Assembly: GCA_963736615.1 (NCBI GenBank)
Contig: CAVTPP010000005.1
Location: 138,473-202,472 of the forward strand
Length of the DNA: 64,000 bases
Direction of reading: 5' to 3'
Source: an uncultured Chloroflexia bacterium
GTDB taxonomy: Bacteria; Chloroflexota; Anaerolineae; Promineifilales; Promineifilaceae
A program made the position numbers and the translations under genes. A model generated the notes under the pieces. That model searched no databases. It saw only the letters and a program-made list of their open reading frames with translations, and was not told the DNA's origin. Positions 61,016-64,000 of this stretch are shown here, piece after piece (positions within the stretch are counted from its first letter, which is position 1; every line of letters begins with the position of its first letter).

Positions 61016-64000
61016 ATGCTGAATAAATACCAAGGTAGAGAAAAGATTATATATATATTGTTTACATTTTTCATAATTCTCTTCTCACTTGAGAAGGGAT
61101 CTCCCCTGGTGGCACAGAGAGGGGATGCCACTGCAAGGTATGTAGGAGTTTTTGATCCCGATGATGTTGGAGAACTAAACCCTTTTGGCCTGGCATTTCT
61201 GCCGGCGACTGATGAATTCCTTGTTCTTGAGCCGGCAGAATTAACTGTTGTGCAATCCTTACGGTCCAACTTCATCAAGATTGGGTTGGCTGGGAGACGG
61301 CATGGTACAGCAGGTGTTGCCAATATCACTGATCCAATCAATATCGCATTTGATAACAAGGGTCAGCGTTTGCTATATCTAAGTTCAGCGAGAGGGAATT
61401 TATATGAGGTTCGTGTTGACGACCAAGGGTCTCTAATCCAGGAAGCACAAAAACACCACATCAGCAGTAATCTAGGGGTTCTTGATCCACAAGGTATGGC
61501 AGTCGATCCAAGCAGCGGTGACTTATTTGTCCTTGATGGTGATGGGCCCAGACTGATTCACATCAGGCCGAATAAGTCAGGCGAATTTTCGACGGCCGTG
61601 GTTACCGAAATAGCATTGGAGAAGCCGGCCTTTGCCGGTTTGCGGGGCATAGCGTTTGATCCGACTAGTGGCCATTTACACATCATGAATGCGGAGCAAA
61701 AAAGGCTTTATGAGGTGACGACAAATGGTCGGGTTGTGGCTGTCCGTGACTTGAGCAGTATGGGATTAGGAACGACACATGGCATGGTCTTTGCGCCCAG
61801 TGGTGACAGGACCGATGATCCCGCCCAGATGAGCCTCTACCTTGCCAACAATAGGCAAGTTCATTTGGGTGATGTCGCTATAAGTGAAGGCGCAGGTAGG
61901 GAGATGGCGGGACAGATTGTTGAGGTGTCCTTCACCCCTGCAAGGTCGCATGCTCAAGCCAGCTTCGTATCCGGGTTGGTGCAGACCATAGATGGTTCAC
62001 AATGGTCACCACCCAGCCCTGATACGGCAGGTATTACATACATGGCGTCATCCGGTACGCTGCTGATTACAGATTCTGAGGTCAACGAATTGCCGCTCTA
62101 TGAGGGACGAAATGTTTTCGAGTCTACCCTTTCAGGCAGCCTAAATGCTACATTTGACACGACATCCTTCACAGATGAGCCAACCGGTATCTCCTTAAAC
62201 ACGGCCGATGGACATCTGTTCATATCCGACGATACAGGTACTCGCAGGATTTTCGAACTGGCCCCTGGATCTGATGGCTTTTATTTCTCTTCCGATGACA
62301 TCATCACATCATTTACAACCCTTGATTTTGGTAGTAACGATCCGGAAGGCATAGCTAATGCCGATGGTGACGATATTCTTTATATTGTAGATGGGGTAAA
62401 TGCGGAAGTTTACCAGGTTACACCCGGTGTAAATGGTGTCTTCGATGGTGTGTCGCCGGCCGGAGATGATCAAGTGACAAGTTTCGACACTGCGAGCTTA
62501 GGTTTGACAGACCCTGAAGGTGTTGTCTTTAATCCTGACAGCGGGAATCTGTACGTAGTTGGGGAGCCTGTAGACACGCTTTTTGAACTAACGACAGCGG
62601 GAGGACTGGTTCAGACAATAGATATCTCAGCCGCGAATGCTTATAAGCCGGCAGGTCTAGCCCTTGCCCCGAGCAGCTATAACCCAAGCACTGATAGCAT
62701 CTACCTGGTTGATCGTGGGGTTGATAATAACAGCGATCCCAATGAAAATGATGGCAAAATATATGAACTAACCCTGCCGGCCAGTGGAGCTGTTCCCCCT
62801 GCCGCTGTCGGAGATGATGCCAACACGAACGAGGATACTGCTGTGACCATTGATGTTGCCGGGAATGACAGCGACCCGAATGACAATTTGGATCCCAATT
62901 CGGCCAACAGCAGTTGTGCCAACGGTTCTACCGGCTGTGTGGGCGCGGCCAACGGCTTGGTGAGTGATAATGGTGATGGCACGATTACATATACGCCTGA
63001 TTCAGGGTTTAGTGGCGATGATAGCTTTGTCTATGAGATTTGCGACACCGATCCGTTGTGCAGCACGGCCGTAGTAAACATCACCGTTAGTGTAAACGCT
63101 CCCCCTGTGGCTGTCGGTGACAGCAGTAGCACAGCTGAGGGCATTCTGGTGGTCCTCGATGTGGCTGGAAATGACAGCGACCCGAATAACAACCTGGATC
63201 TAACTTCGGTCAACACAAACTGTGGGGTCTGTTCTGACCCATCCGATGGGACATTGGTTAATAATGCCGACGGGACCCTTGATTACACACCTGACCCAGG
63301 CTTTACTGGGGACGACAATTTTGTTTATGAGATCTGTGATACGATTGGCGCTTGCGATACAGCAACCGTGACCATCACCGTTTTTGAGAAGCCATTTTTC
63401 GATACAATCTATCTAAGTTTTGCCGGCAGTGGATCAGTCGGCGGCGTCGCTTTTACTGACAATGATATCGTGGCCTTTGACAGCGGGACCGAGACATGGT
63501 CAATGTACTTCGATGGCTCAGATGTGGGTCTGGATGCAAGCGCAAGCTTTCAGGAAATCGATGCCCTACATGTCAATGTGGATGGTTCTGTCTTACTCAG
63601 CCTTGGTTTAGATAGCGCCTTGCCTGGTATTGGCGCTGTTGACGATTCCGATATTGTAAAGTTCATTCCAACCTCTACAGGCGATAATACAGCCGGTACT
63701 TTCGAATGGTATTTCGACGGCTCGGATGTTGAATTGACGACTGACGGTGAGGATATTGACGCATTGGGGATTGTTCAAAACGGAATTTTAATCATCAGTA
63801 GTAGAAGTATCCTAAATGTCAGCGGCGTTTCGACCGCTGATGAAGATATGGTCTTTTTTATCCCCACACAGTTGGGTGAAAACACCAGTGGATCATGGGC
63901 GTTATATTTTGATGGTTCTGACGTAGCCTTAAACGCTCCCGATACAGAAGATGTCAATGGGACATGGATTAATGACAATGGTGATATTTACTTGACTGTG
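61016..64000 (+). CDS. giant secreted/cell-surface protein, 5' partial (at least 995 aa): signal anchor, NHL/SdiA-regulated-like beta-propeller repeats, two cadherin-like/Big_9-like domains, YFDGSDV repeats
   Basis: My own translation from ATG 61016 (GGAGGT RBS 5 nt upstream) runs to the window end without a stop. N-terminal hydrophobic IIYILFTFFIILFSL. Repeats DPQGMAVDP..G.L.V.D. Cadherin-like segments AVGDDANTNEDTAVTIDVAGNDSDPN and DGTITYTPDSGFSGDDSFVYEICD occur twice. Three W.(M/Y)YFDGSDV(G/E/A)L modules. Confidence 0.85.
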   Translation, partial: MLNKYQGREKIIYILFTFFIILFSLEKGSPLVAQRGDATARYVGVFDPDDVGELNPFGLAFLPATDEFLVLEPAELTVVQSLRSNFIKIGLAGRRHGTAGVANITDPINIAFDNKGQRLLYLSSARGNLYEVRVDDQGSLIQEAQKHHISSNLGVLDPQGMAVDPSSGDLFVLDGDGPRLIHIRPNKSGEFSTAVVTEIALEKPAFAGLRGIAFDPTSGHLHIMNAEQKRLYEVTTNGRVVAVRDLSSMGLGTTHGMVFAPSGDRTDDPAQMSLYLANNRQVHLGDVAISEGAGREMAGQIVEVSFTPARSHAQASFVSGLVQTIDGSQWSPPSPDTAGITYMASSGTLLITDSEVNELPLYEGRNVFESTLSGSLNATFDTTSFTDEPTGISLNTADGHLFISDDTGTRRIFELAPGSDGFYFSSDDIITSFTTLDFGSNDPEGIANADGDDILYIVDGVNAEVYQVTPGVNGVFDGVSPAGDDQVTSFDTASLGLTDPEGVVFNPDSGNLYVVGEPVDTLFELTTAGGLVQTIDISAANAYKPAGLALAPSSYNPSTDSIYLVDRGVDNNSDPNENDGKIYELTLPASGAVPPAAVGDDANTNEDTAVTIDVAGNDSDPNDNLDPNSANSSCANGSTGCVGAANGLVSDNGDGTITYTPDSGFSGDDSFVYEICDTDPLCSTAVVNITVSVNAPPVAVGDSSSTAEGILVVLDVAGNDSDPNNNLDLTSVNTNCGVCSDPSDGTLVNNADGTLDYTPDPGFTGDDNFVYEICDTIGACDTATVTITVFEKPFFDTIYLSFAGSGSVGGVAFTDNDIVAFDSGTETWSMYFDGSDVGLDASASFQEIDALHVNVDGSVLLSLGLDSALPGIGAVDDSDIVKFIPTSTGDNTAGTFEWYFDGSDVELTTDGEDIDALGIVQNGILIISSRSILNVSGVSTADEDMVFFIPTQLGENTSGSWALYFDGSDVALNAPDTEDVNGTWINDNGDIYLTV

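Noticed and set aside
1-64000. tRNA, rRNA, tmRNA, RNase P or SRP RNA genes, CRISPR arrays, integrases/transposases and defence-system genes
   Set aside because: Reading both strands by eye, I found no T-arm/acceptor-like tRNA signatures, no regularly spaced direct repeats, and no nuclease, ATPase, recombinase or transposase ORFs. A proper tRNAscan, Infernal or defence-system scan could still find something I missed.

Overview
This 64-kb window is bacterial chromosomal DNA from what looks like a polysaccharide-degrading heterotroph. A Chloroflexota-like origin is only a guess.

**Layout**
- **0-48 kb:** one large carbohydrate and sugar-acid utilisation region.
  - Glycoside hydrolases: GH38, GH88, GH105, a GH117-like enzyme, GH29, GH31 (YicI-like) and GH2, plus a sulfatase.
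  - Uronate/KDG steps: an IolB/KduI-family isomerase, KduD, KdgK and Eda.
  - Sugar-acid enzymes: three enolase-superfamily enzymes, an IlvD/Edd dehydratase and a DHDPS-like aldolase.
  - Redox enzymes: an aldehyde dehydrogenase, a Zn-ADH and a tungsten-type aldehyde:ferredoxin oxidoreductase.
  - Others: Gfo/Idh/MocA and ThuA-like proteins, two URO-D-like proteins and a 1117-aa DUF5107-TPR protein.
  - Regulators: one AraR-type and one FadR-type GntR regulator.
- **48-55 kb:** housekeeping genes (MetV/MetF-type MTHFR, ppc, serC, a short serA-like gene).
- **55-59.4 kb:** a MacB-type ABC exporter, an adaptor with a peptidoglycan-binding domain, and a lipoprotein.
- **59.4-61 kb:** a gene-poor stretch. 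It holds a duplicated non-coding motif, a 23-bp inverted repeat and terminator-like hairpins.
- **61 kb to the end:** an open-ended gene for a giant secreted beta-propeller/cadherin-like protein. It is missing from the ORF track because it has no stop codon in the window.

**Most striking global feature**
- Eleven genes are interrupted by at least 29 reading-frame breaks and 2 possible in-frame stops.
- The breaks are confined to 4.4-10.4 kb and 27.2-39.9 kb and fall mostly in GC-rich (~60%) genes.
- By contrast, 16.6 kb (10438-27049) and 19.5 kb (39876-59410) of coding sequence have no breaks.
- This fits either decay of horizontally acquired genes or unpolished indel errors tied to GC content.

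I saw no rRNA, tRNA, CRISPR array, transposase or recognisable defence genes.
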